A DNA stretch of 64,000 nt from Oceanospirillum sp. (GTDB taxonomy: Bacteria > Pseudomonadota > Gammaproteobacteria > Pseudomonadales > Halomonadaceae): contig JBLWSY010000007.1 in the NCBI GenBank assembly GCA_048270425.1, positions 63,442 through 127,441 on the forward strand. The letters run 5' to 3'. Of the stretch, positions 8,795-17,247 are shown piece by piece; positions within the stretch are counted from its first letter, which is position 1; each line of letters opens with the position of its first letter. The translations under genes and the position numbers were made by a program. Below the pieces are notes generated by a model that saw only the letters and a list, made by a program, of their open reading frames with translations, ran no database searches and was not told where the DNA came from.

Positions 8795-9709
8795 ATGGAC
8801 ACAAATAAACTGACTCCTTTGTTGCCGGATATGGCCGCTTATGTGGCGGTGGTGGAAACCGGCAGCTTTACCCGGGCGGCTGAAAAGTTGGGGATTACCC
8901 CTTCCGGTGTCAGCCGTCAGGTCTCCCGATTGGAGACCGCCTTATCTGCCGTGTTGATCGAACGTACCACTCGCCGGCAAACCACTACTCAACTCGGGCA
9001 GGAGGTGTACGAGCAGTGCCGCAATATGCTCGATAGTGCCCGTGAAGCGGTATCCGCCACTGAAAGCGAGGCTACCGAGGTACGTGGGCGCTTACGCATC
9101 GCGGCTCCTAAAGCCTTTGCCCGACAGGTGCTGGAGCCGCATCTGCGCCAGTTTATGCAACAGCATCCGGCGATCTCGCTGCATGTGCAGGTGACCGATC
9201 AGCGGCTTGATCCCGGTTATCACGATGTGGATATCGTTTTTGTGGTGGCTGCTGAGCCCCATGAACATCTGGTGAGTAAAGGTATCGGTCAGGTACGCTC
9301 GATACTGTGCGCCAGCCCGAACTATCTTGATAAGCGAGGGGAGCCGCAACAACCGGCAGATCTTATGGCCCACGACTGTATTCCCCTTGGCTTGTTTGAA
9401 CGGGATAACCATTGGCTGCTGACTCAGGGCGAGCGTCGGGAGAAAATCTCCGTCGATGGCCGCTATTTGAATAACCATTCCGAAATGCGTTTGCTGGCGG
9501 TCAAAGATGGCCTGGGTATCGGTATCTTCCCCGACTTTGTTGTGCGTAACGCACTGGCCGAAGGTGAGGTAGTTCAGGTGCTGCCGGAGTGGAAACTGCA
9601 CAGCGATTTTCAGGGTGGGGTGTATATGCAGTATCTGCCGATGCGCTTTATGCCGGGAAAAATGCGCGCCTTTATCGACTTTATTGCGGATCTTAATCTG
9701 CTGGATTGA
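8795..9709 (+). CDS. LysR-family transcriptional regulator
   Basis: It has the N-terminal HTH FVAVVETGSFTRAAEKLGITPSGVSRQVSRLE. It is divergent from the DMT transporter gene. Confidence 0.9.
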   Translation: MDTNKLTPLLPDMAAYVAVVETGSFTRAAEKLGITPSGVSRQVSRLETALSAVLIERTTRRQTTTQLGQEVYEQCRNMLDSAREAVSATESEATEVRGRLRIAAPKAFARQVLEPHLRQFMQQHPAISLHVQVTDQRLDPGYHDVDIVFVVAAEPHEHLVSKGIGQVRSILCASPNYLDKRGEPQQPADLMAHDCIPLGLFERDNHWLLTQGERREKISVDGRYLNNHSEMRLLAVKDGLGIGIFPDFVVRNALAEGEVVQVLPEWKLHSDFQGGVYMQYLPMRFMPGKMRAFIDFIADLNLLD

Positions 9710-9844
9710 TCCCCTTGGACGTGACAACAGAATAATAGCTTTGATAAGAACACTGTCTGTTTGATAAAACAGTTTAGTAAGGCGGATGAACGTTTTGACC
9801 ATTCGCCTACAATGGATACTGTAACAATACGAAGGATAACAACA

Positions 9845-10249
9845 ATGACTCAGCACTCAGGTTCCTGCCTTTGCGGCTCGGTGAAATACCAGCTGGAAGG
9901 TGAGTTTGATAATTTTTTTCTCTGCCACTGCAGCTACTGCCAGAAAGACACTGGCAGTGCCCATGCAGCCAACCTGTTCAGTAAAGATGCCAAATTAACC
10001 TGGTTGCAGGGGCAGGACAGGATCACTTTTTATAATTTGCCGGAAACCCGTCATGGCCGCAGTTTCTGCAGTATCTGCGGTTCACCGGTGCCCACCAGTC
10101 TTGGCGATGGCAAACTGGTGGTGGTGCCTGCGGGCGGTATGGATTCACCGGTAACGATCAAACCCACGGCGCACCTGTTTATCGCCAGCAAAGCAGACTG
10201 GGAACAGGAGCTGGATCAGGTGCAGCAGTTTCAGGGCTTTCCGGAATAA
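9845..10249 (+). CDS. GFA (glutathione-dependent formaldehyde-activating/CENP-V) family protein
   Basis: It has the motifs GSCLCGSVKY and CHCSYCQK..CSICGSP. A good SD (AAGGA) precedes the ATG at 9845. Confidence 0.8.
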   Translation: MTQHSGSCLCGSVKYQLEGEFDNFFLCHCSYCQKDTGSAHAANLFSKDAKLTWLQGQDRITFYNLPETRHGRSFCSICGSPVPTSLGDGKLVVVPAGGMDSPVTIKPTAHLFIASKADWEQELDQVQQFQGFPE

Positions 10250-10286
10250 GCCCGATCTGAAATCAGTATCTTCAGTTATTAGCAAA

Positions 10287-10319
10287 CCCCGGGATCGACA
10301 GATCCCGGGGTTTTCTTTT
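10287..10319 (+). terminator. Rho-independent terminator
   Basis: CCCCGGGATC-gaca-GATCCCGGGG is followed by TTTTCTTTT. Confidence 0.85.
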
Positions 10320-10428
10320 GTCCGGATTCGATCTTCTCAGGACAGGTCGATCAGCACGGGTAGGGCGCAGTGATCTCCTCTAAACCGATCAATGGTCAGT
10401 TTTGAACAATTATCGTCCTTGAGCAGTA

Positions 10429-10467
10429 AAATACGTTTAATATACGATTCGTATATTAAACGTATTT
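10429..10467. promoter_or_regulatory. 39-nt palindrome (perfect 19-nt arms), probable operator of the parD-like/map promoter
   Basis: AAATACGTTTAATATACGA-T-TCGTATATTAAACGTATTT lies 44 nt upstream of the GTG at 10511. It overlaps -10-like hexamers (TAAAAT 10427-10432, TATATT). Confidence 0.6.
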
Positions 10468-10510
10468 ATTTTGTTCTGTTTCAGCAGGCACAACCAGTCC
10501 GGAGTAGTCA

Positions 10511-10756
10511 GTGGGAATCGTAAAAATCAGTGATGAGCTGCACGATGAGGTGCGTAAAGCCAGCAGCGCCATGGTGCGTTCAATCAATGCTCAGGCGGAG
10601 TTCTGGATCAAGGTGGGGATGTTGGCGGAGACCAATCCGACAAAGACCTTTACCGAACTGATGCGGGAACAGATGAAACAGGCGGAGCTGAGCGGTTTGC
10701 GTGAGGAGCCTGAAGCAGAAAAAACAGCAGCCGGAGTGAGTGAAAGTCATGAGTAA
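10511..10756 (+). CDS. ParD-like/RHH antitoxin-family small protein (81 aa)
   Basis: The GTG start has a GGAG SD. The N-terminus GIVKISDELHDEVRKAS..RSINAQAEFWIKVGMLAE resembles the ParD-like family (PF11903) from memory. Confidence 0.6.
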   Translation: MGIVKISDELHDEVRKASSAMVRSINAQAEFWIKVGMLAETNPTKTFTELMREQMKQAELSGLREEPEAEKTAAGVSESHE

Positions 10757-11528
10757 GATCAGCCTGAAATCCCCTGAAGAACTGGCGCTGATGCGTGAAT
10801 CCGGCCGCCTTTTGGCCAAGGTGTTTGCCTACCTGGATACCCAGGTGAAAGAGGGCGTGACCACCCTGCAGATAAACGATTGGGTGGAGCGCTATATTGT
10901 TGATGAACTCAAGGCCCGCCCTGCCAGCAAAGGTCAGTACGGATATCAGTATTCCCTGAATACCTCGGTGAATGAGGTGGTTTGTCACGGCATTCCTTCG
11001 GATCAGAAGGTGCTGAAATCCGGCGATATCGTTAACGTCGATATCACACTGGAGAAGGGTGGTTTTATCACCGATTCCAGCAAGATGTTCTGCATCGGGT
11101 TTGTTGCGCCTCTGGCGAAGAAACTGGTGGAGAAAACCTATGAAGCGATGTGGCAGGGTATTAAGCAGGTAAAACCGGGCGCAACTCTGGGTGATGTGGG
11201 CAGTGCCATTGAGCGTTTTGCCAAGGCTAACGGCTACTCCGTTGTGCGTGATTACTGCGGTCACGGCATCGGCCGCGAAATGCACGAAGAACCGGAAGTG
11301 CTGCACTACGGCACACCGGGCAAAGGCCTGACTTTGAAAGAGGGCATGACCTTTACCATCGAACCCATGATCAATCAGGGCAAGGCGAAAATTAAAACCA
11401 AGCGGGATGGCTGGACCGTGGTGACTGCGGACAAAAAACTCTCTGCCCAGTGGGAGCATACTATTGCGGTCACCGCGGCGGGTTTCGAAGTACTTACATT
11501 GCGGGAAGAGGAGTCTGTGCCTGCTTGA
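10749..11528 (+). CDS. map: Type I methionyl aminopeptidase (probably an extra copy)
   Basis: It aligns by eye along its whole length with E. coli Map. The metal ligands are retained (NVD, TDSSKM, CGHGIG, TIEP, WEHT). Its ATG overlaps the upstream stop (ATGAGTAA). Confidence 0.9.
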   Translation: MSKISLKSPEELALMRESGRLLAKVFAYLDTQVKEGVTTLQINDWVERYIVDELKARPASKGQYGYQYSLNTSVNEVVCHGIPSDQKVLKSGDIVNVDITLEKGGFITDSSKMFCIGFVAPLAKKLVEKTYEAMWQGIKQVKPGATLGDVGSAIERFAKANGYSVVRDYCGHGIGREMHEEPEVLHYGTPGKGLTLKEGMTFTIEPMINQGKAKIKTKRDGWTVVTADKKLSAQWEHTIAVTAAGFEVLTLREEESVPA

Positions 11529-11588
11529 TGAGTAAACCCGGAGATCGTTATCACCGGTTACGCGCAGAAGCCCGAAGGTGGTTTTGTT

Positions 11589-11632
11589 GATATACCTTAA
11601 TATTTATAGGGACTTAGTTGCTAAGGTATATC
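11589..11632. repeat. Inverted repeat with 11-bp perfect arms and a 22-nt spacer
   Basis: GATATACCTTA-N22-TAAGGTATATC lies between the map stop and the next gene. A TAGAAT -10-like box is at 11645-11650. Confidence 0.5.
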
Positions 11633-11713
11633 AGAGGTTTGTGCTAGAATGCCGGACTTTCCAAAACATCTTATTTAAGCTGTTAGCGCGTCGAACATTC
11701 GGGAACTCCTCTA

Positions 11714-13231
11714 ATGGATCTTTCACAGGAATCCTGCCCTTATTGCGGGCACACAGGTCTGGCTCTGGGATACTGGCAGGAAACTGCGCATTTTATCCAC
11801 TGTGAAGGCTGTGGGGCTCAGGGCCCGCGCGCGCCTCTGACTGAAAAGCCGATTTCTGTTTCTCCCCTCACGAATGAAAGCCTGCTACGAACCGTAATTG
11901 ATGAGTCCCCGGACATTATTCTGATGAAGAATTTTGAAGGTGATTTTCTGCTTTGCAATGAATCCCTGGCGCGTCTCTATGGATCGACTCCCAAGGAGAT
12001 GGTTGGTAAAAGTGATGCGGATTTTAATCCTAATAAAGATCAGGTTGCGTTCTACAAACAGAATATTCAGCAGGTGATGCGCTCCGGTAAATTACAGATT
12101 GTTGAAGAGGCGTCAACGGACGCGGATACCGGAGAAGTGCGTTATTTTCAGTCGATTAAAAAACCGCTTAAAGGGCCCGATGGTCGTGACCGGATTCTTG
12201 TGATCGCCCATGATATTACCGAGCTTAAGCACGCTCATCGGCTTATCGAAGAGAAAGAACGGCGTTACGCCTACGCCATGGCAGCTGCCGGAGAAGGGAT
12301 TTGGGACTGGGATATTCCGGGAAAACGGGTTCAGCACAACCGAAAGTGGTGTGACCTTTTGGGGCTGGATAGTTCGCATACCAGTCATGATATCAGCGTG
12401 CTTTCAGGTTTGATTCATCCGGAAGATCACGATGCGATGATGGCCGCTCTGAATCAGGCATTGGCCGGTGATGGTATCTACAGTCATGAACACCGTATGG
12501 TGCGTGCCAGTGGTGATATTTTCTGGGGGTACGACCGGGGGCGTGTGGTTGAGTGGGATGAATCCGGTCAACCGGTTCGAATGGTGGGCAGTATTACGGA
12601 TATCACCGACCGCAAGCACGCAGAGCAGAAACTGGCGGTGGCCAAAGCAGAGCTGGAAAAGAGCAATCAGCTCTTGGAACATCTGGTTAGCGAACGAACC
12701 GAAGAGCTGGCTAACGCCAACCAGGAGTTGCAACGAATGGCGCGCATTGACCCCCTGACCGGTGCCGGAAACCGTTTTGAGCTGGAGTCATGGTTGTCCC
12801 ATAAATCTGCTGATCTGCCGATAGCGATACTGATGCTGGATATCGATCACTTTAAAAAGGTTAACGATACCTACGGTCACAAGCTGGGAGACTCTGTGCT
12901 GAAGCAGGTTGCTGAAGCGCTGCGTTTACAGTTAAGAGATCAGGATCTGATTATTCGGTTTGGCGGTGAGGAGTTTCTTCTGATACTGGCCGGGGCTAAC
13001 GAGCAGCAGGGGCTGCAAACTGCAGAGCGCTTGAGACACCATATTGAGCAGCTGAGTGGTTTGCCGGTTCATCACCCTGTCACGGTCAGTATTGGTATGT
13101 CAGCCGGAAGAGTCAGTTGTTTTGATCAGTTGCAGCAAACAGCAGATGAGTGCCTTTATATCGCTAAGGCTGAAGGCCGCAATCAGGTCGTTGCGCATCA
13201 TACCTGTCCACTGAAAAGTCCTCTTATCTGA
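11714..13231 (+). CDS. Diguanylate cyclase: N-terminal Zn-ribbon, PAS, PAS, GGDEF
   Basis: It has the motif CPYCG..x16..HCEGCG, two PAS modules, a coiled coil, and a GGEEF active site with an RxxD-type region upstream. Confidence 0.9.
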   Translation: MDLSQESCPYCGHTGLALGYWQETAHFIHCEGCGAQGPRAPLTEKPISVSPLTNESLLRTVIDESPDIILMKNFEGDFLLCNESLARLYGSTPKEMVGKSDADFNPNKDQVAFYKQNIQQVMRSGKLQIVEEASTDADTGEVRYFQSIKKPLKGPDGRDRILVIAHDITELKHAHRLIEEKERRYAYAMAAAGEGIWDWDIPGKRVQHNRKWCDLLGLDSSHTSHDISVLSGLIHPEDHDAMMAALNQALAGDGIYSHEHRMVRASGDIFWGYDRGRVVEWDESGQPVRMVGSITDITDRKHAEQKLAVAKAELEKSNQLLEHLVSERTEELANANQELQRMARIDPLTGAGNRFELESWLSHKSADLPIAILMLDIDHFKKVNDTYGHKLGDSVLKQVAEALRLQLRDQDLIIRFGGEEFLLILAGANEQQGLQTAERLRHHIEQLSGLPVHHPVTVSIGMSAGRVSCFDQLQQTADECLYIAKAEGRNQVVAHHTCPLKSPLI

Positions 13232-13337
13232 TTGCTATAACTAATCAGTCATCAGATTTTTTTACTAAGCAAAAGCTTGGCCACTCAGTAAGATAGCTCC
13301 CTTTCTTAATACCTCGGCATTACAGGGAGCTCACTCA

Positions 13338-13913
13338 ATGACACAGGACACCATGAAAATAGCCATCTATTGCGGTTCTGCCAGCGGCAGCAAGCCTGAA
13401 TACCTTGAGGCAGCGACAACCTTAGGCCATTACTTTGCGGAACAGGGTATCGACCTGGTCTACGGCGGAGGTAAGGTCGGCCTGATGGGTACTATCGCTG
13501 ATGCCGTGCTGGAAGCGGGCGGACAGGTTTTTGGTTTTATCCCTAAGGCCCTTGAAGACAAAGAGATAGCTCACACCGGTCTGACCAGTCTGACCGTTGT
13601 GCCGGATATGCATACCCGAAAAGCCGCCATGGCGGATTTGGCCGATGCCTTCGTGGCGATGCCCGGAGGGGCAGGAACTCTCGAAGAGATCTTTGAAGCC
13701 TGGACCTGGGCACAGCTGGGCTATCACGCTAAACCCTGCGCTTTTTACAACGTGGCAGGTTTTTATGATCCCTTATTTTCTATGGTCGACACCATGATTG
13801 AAACGGGTTTTGTGAAGCAGGAATATAGCGATATGCTGATCAAAACAGACCGGCCGGAAACCCTGATTGAGCGTATTCGCCATTACCAGCCACCGAAGAA
13901 AAAGTGGACATGA
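13338..13913 (+). CDS. LOG-family (TIGR00730) nucleotide phosphoribohydrolase
   Basis: It has the motifs GGGKVGLMG and PGGAGTLEE. Confidence 0.85.
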   Translation: MTQDTMKIAIYCGSASGSKPEYLEAATTLGHYFAEQGIDLVYGGGKVGLMGTIADAVLEAGGQVFGFIPKALEDKEIAHTGLTSLTVVPDMHTRKAAMADLADAFVAMPGGAGTLEEIFEAWTWAQLGYHAKPCAFYNVAGFYDPLFSMVDTMIETGFVKQEYSDMLIKTDRPETLIERIRHYQPPKKKWT

Positions 13914-13931
13914 GACTGACACTATTCTGAT

Positions 13932-13958
13932 AAAAAGCAGCCAATGGCTGCTTTTTTT
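13932..13958. terminator. Bidirectional rho-independent terminator
   Basis: The sequence is AAAAAGCAGCC-aat-GGCTGCTTTTTTT. Confidence 0.85.
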
Positions 13959-13977
13959 GTTTCATGTGCTGAAGCGT

Positions 13978-14835
13978 TTATGATCGGGTCGGCCAGCCGG
14001 TTTTATCGATCATTCTCAGATAGCGTCGGTACTGAATGGCAGAGATATAGTTCGACTGACGCATGCCCTGCAGAATGTTCTGGTATTTACGCTTCAGAGC
14101 CGGAGTGACATTCCGGTTCTGATACAGCGTGTAGTGATACCGGCGCGGGCTTGGTAGCATCAGCGCCAGCCAGGCACCTTCAGCGGCATTCAGGTCTGCA
14201 GGTTTCTTATTGAAGTAATAACGCGATGCGTCGTTGACGCCATACAGATCCGGCCCGAACTCGGCCATATTGAGGTAGAGTTCAATGATCTCGTTCTTGC
14301 TGAAGTGACGCTCCAGATCCCGGGTGATGACCGCTTCCTGCAGCTTTCGGAAGTAGCTTTGTTGCTGGGTCAGAAACAGGTTTTTAACGGTTTGCTGGCT
14401 TAAGGTACTGCCACCAAAACGGGTTTCCCCTTTCTTGATATTGGCCACCATCGCATCCAAAAGAGCGTTATAGTCGATCCCCTGATGCTGATAAAAACGT
14501 GCGTCTTCTGCCATTACAACAGCGTACAGCAGATCACGGTTAACCGCTTTTAACTCAACCCAATGGTGTTTGTTTTTGCTTTTTCTGAGTTTGTCATCCA
14601 CCCGCTGTTCAGCCTGTTGGCGTAGCTGACTGAAACTCATCTGGTCTACATCCGGCAGGCTGCTGAAAAAGAGCCAGAGGCTACCACTTATCATCAGGAT
14701 AATGGAGAGGAAGACCCAACCGAGAAAATACACCAGTCGGTTCAGGTGGCGCATCGGCCAGGCCAGAAAAGGGGCCAGCCAGAGTTTGATTTTTTCGAAT
14801 CGGGTAGTAGGGGCTTTTTTCTTGCGTGCCACCAT
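13978..14835 (-). CDS. mtgA: Monofunctional peptidoglycan glycosyltransferase (GT51)
   Basis: It has the motifs EDARFYQHQGIDY and GGSTLSQQ plus an N-terminal TM anchor. A GAGGAAG SD precedes the ATG at 14835. Confidence 0.85.
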   Translation of the reverse strand: MVARKKKAPTTRFEKIKLWLAPFLAWPMRHLNRLVYFLGWVFLSIILMISGSLWLFFSSLPDVDQMSFSQLRQQAEQRVDDKLRKSKNKHHWVELKAVNRDLLYAVVMAEDARFYQHQGIDYNALLDAMVANIKKGETRFGGSTLSQQTVKNLFLTQQQSYFRKLQEAVITRDLERHFSKNEIIELYLNMAEFGPDLYGVNDASRYYFNKKPADLNAAEGAWLALMLPSPRRYHYTLYQNRNVTPALKRKYQNILQGMRQSNYISAIQYRRYLRMIDKTGWPTRS

Positions 14836-15043
14836 GCAGGCTTCCTCGGCAATCCGGTTCCGTGAGTATCCGGTGTGAGAGAGTACCAGACTTTCTGACA
14901 AAAACCGGAGTAGGAACAAGGGATTATTACATAAATGCAACCATGAAAACGTATCGTAACGGTTTTATTCCATACGGTAGTTTGAAACCAGGTTTTGCCA
15001 GTGTTGTAATGCGTCAGCAACACTATCTTCTTGAGGGAAAGAG

Positions 15044-15592
15044 ATGAAAAAAATAATAACGATAGGCTGTATCACCTATCTCTTTCTGGTCTTTGCGATC
15101 TATTTCAGCGGACTTGCCCGCGAGGATTTTTCTGCGGATTACGCCATTGTTTACGGTAATACTGTGCATGAAAATGGTGAGCCTTCAGTTCAGCTGAAAG
15201 CCCGTATGGCGGCGGCTCTTAAGCTTTATCACAGTGACAGAGTAGAGAAGATCATCGTCAGTGGTGGTTTAGGGAAAGAGGGGCATGATGAAGCTACGGT
15301 AATGGCTCGTTATATGGTGGATCAGGGCGTTGTGCCTCAGGATGTGCTGGTAGACAGCAAAGGGTATAACTCCCACGCTACCTCTTTTAATGCCGCAGAA
15401 TTAGTGGGTATTCATGCCTCTGTGGTGGCTGTGTCTCAGCATTATCATATTGCCCGTACCCGTCTCTCATTGCGCCATGCAGGGTTCAGCGAGGTCTATG
15501 GCTATTATCCGGAGTATTATACCTGGAAGGATTTATTCTCAGTCAGTCGTGAGATTCCGGCACTGGTAAAATACTGGCTGATGGAGCTCTAG
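15044..15592 (+). CDS. DUF218 (YdcF/ElyC-like) domain protein
   Basis: It has an N-terminal TM segment and the VSGG..G core typical of DUF218. Confidence 0.7.
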   Translation: MKKIITIGCITYLFLVFAIYFSGLAREDFSADYAIVYGNTVHENGEPSVQLKARMAAALKLYHSDRVEKIIVSGGLGKEGHDEATVMARYMVDQGVVPQDVLVDSKGYNSHATSFNAAELVGIHASVVAVSQHYHIARTRLSLRHAGFSEVYGYYPEYYTWKDLFSVSREIPALVKYWLMEL

Positions 15593-15676
15593 CGGATACG
15601 GGGCTATCTGGTTGGTGGTCTGACGGCATGCTAGAATCAGCACCTTTCTTAAACTTCTATGAACTGATCTCATACC

Positions 15677-16510
15677 TTGAAACCTGCAACTGATATCGAC
15701 ACCCGATCTAATGCTCCCGTTCTGGTGATGGACTCCGGTGTGGGAGGTTTGTCGATTGCAGCGCACATCCGTAAAACCTGTCCAGACACGCCTCTGTTTT
15801 ATCTGGCAGACAACGGCGCTTTCCCTTATGGCGACAAAGAGGAGCACTGGCTGGTAGAGCGAGTCGTTAAGTTGGCTCAGGCTTTGGTGGCTGAGTATCC
15901 GATTCAACTGCTGGTTTTAGGCTGTAATACTGCCAGCACGGTGGTCCTGCCCGCATTACGTGAGGTGCTTTCAATTCCTGTTGTCGGGGTAGTTCCGGCG
16001 ATTAAGCCGGCAGCAGCCCTGAGTCATAGCGCCCATATCGGTCTGTTGGCAACACCGGGCACTGTGCGACGCAGTTATACCGATCAATTGATTGCCGACC
16101 ATGCACCCCACTGCGAAGTTACCCGGGTCGGGTCTACAGAGGTTGTGCGCCTTGCGGAAGAAAAGCTGGAAGGTAAGCGGGTTGATCTGACTCGGTTACA
16201 ACGGGCTGTTGCTCCCCTATTTGAGACAGAATCGCTTGATACCGTGGTATTGGGCTGTACCCATTTTCCTTTATTACTGGATGAGCTGGAGCAGATCCAG
16301 CCAAGGCCGATTCGCTGGGTCGATTCCGGAGCAGCCATCGCCCGCAGGGTTGCCCTGCTGCTGAGCCAGGATGGAGTGAAAATATCGGGGACGAGTCCGC
16401 AGACCGATAATAATATTGTTTTTCTGACCCGGTATGTCAGTCCGGATAGCGCCTTGATGCGCTCTTTCAAAAGAAGTGGCTTTGATCAGCTCAGAATTAT
16501 CCGACCCTAG
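15677..16510 (+). CDS. murI: Glutamate racemase
   Basis: It has the motifs DSGVGGLS, GCNTAS and GCTHFP. The TTG start is assumed because the conserved strand PVLVMDSG must be included. Confidence 0.9.
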   Translation: MKPATDIDTRSNAPVLVMDSGVGGLSIAAHIRKTCPDTPLFYLADNGAFPYGDKEEHWLVERVVKLAQALVAEYPIQLLVLGCNTASTVVLPALREVLSIPVVGVVPAIKPAAALSHSAHIGLLATPGTVRRSYTDQLIADHAPHCEVTRVGSTEVVRLAEEKLEGKRVDLTRLQRAVAPLFETESLDTVVLGCTHFPLLLDELEQIQPRPIRWVDSGAAIARRVALLLSQDGVKISGTSPQTDNNIVFLTRYVSPDSALMRSFKRSGFDQLRIIRP

Positions 16511-16611
16511 GTCTCCATTCAGAGTCCGGAAAAAGGATGTTAGTCCACGGTTCCATGGGACTTGCCGGGCAGGTTTGCCTTCATTAACCGAATAACAGAT
16601 TTTGTTAGCCT

Positions 16612-17247
16612 ATGAGAAACGAGCTTTTGATGGAGTGGGAGCCTTATCTGCAGGCCCGAAAAAGCGGTATTAAGTCTCGCTGGAAGGTGCTATTGGATGA
16701 GCGCTTGGCTCAAATAGATCAGCTGGGAGCTGATGAGCTTGAGCTTTATCTGGACCGGATTTGCCATGGGGTACTTGATGAAAAGATAGACATCCCCCTT
16801 CAGCATCCCAGAATCTGGCGACGCATTCTTTCACTTTGGCAGGATCGTCTGGCCGTTCAGCCTGAACATGAGCAGACTCTGTTATGGCTGGTCAAAGCGA
16901 TCAGCTTTGATGGGGCGTACCTGATTTTAAAAACGGATCCCGACGATATCCTAAAAGGCATTCTGCAACGCAACCCTGAGCAGAAAGAGGCCCAACAACT
17001 GCTGTTTTTAAGCCATCTGGATTCGCTGGATTTTGCCCTGCACGAGCTACCCCACGGTCTTTTGATACGGGCCGATATTTGCGTGCAGCTCGTTGATGAA
17101 TGCGAAGCATTGATTAAAACGAATCCGGACCTGATGGAATGCAAAACCCGCTTTAATCTTGATTTAACTTACTATCGGTCAACTCTGAATGAGTGGCTAA
17201 ACTCTGAGCAATACAAGGAAGAAAATAGTGGATCTGGAAACCTATAA
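16612..17247 (+). CDS. Hypothetical all-helical protein (211 aa)
   Basis: The ORF has coding-like composition, but I recognise no family. The SD is weak. It overlaps the next gene by 20 nt. Confidence 0.5.
   Translation: MRNELLMEWEPYLQARKSGIKSRWKVLLDERLAQIDQLGADELELYLDRICHGVLDEKIDIPLQHPRIWRRILSLWQDRLAVQPEHEQTLLWLVKAISFDGAYLILKTDPDDILKGILQRNPEQKEAQQLLFLSHLDSLDFALHELPHGLLIRADICVQLVDECEALIKTNPDLMECKTRFNLDLTYYRSTLNEWLNSEQYKEENSGSGNL

Noticed and set aside
9092-11459. Two antisense ORFs, 254 aa (9092-9856) and 269 aa (10650-11459), lie opposite the LysR regulator and map.
   Set aside because: They lie opposite genes with clear family signatures. Their composition is not protein-like (H/R/Q/F-rich) and they have no start-site signals.
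11589-11632. The idea that the 11-bp inverted repeat is an integron attC site, making parD-like/map a gene cassette.
   Set aside because: The flanks lack the RYYYAAC / GTTRRRY core sites. No intI or attI is in the window, and there are no neighbouring cassettes.
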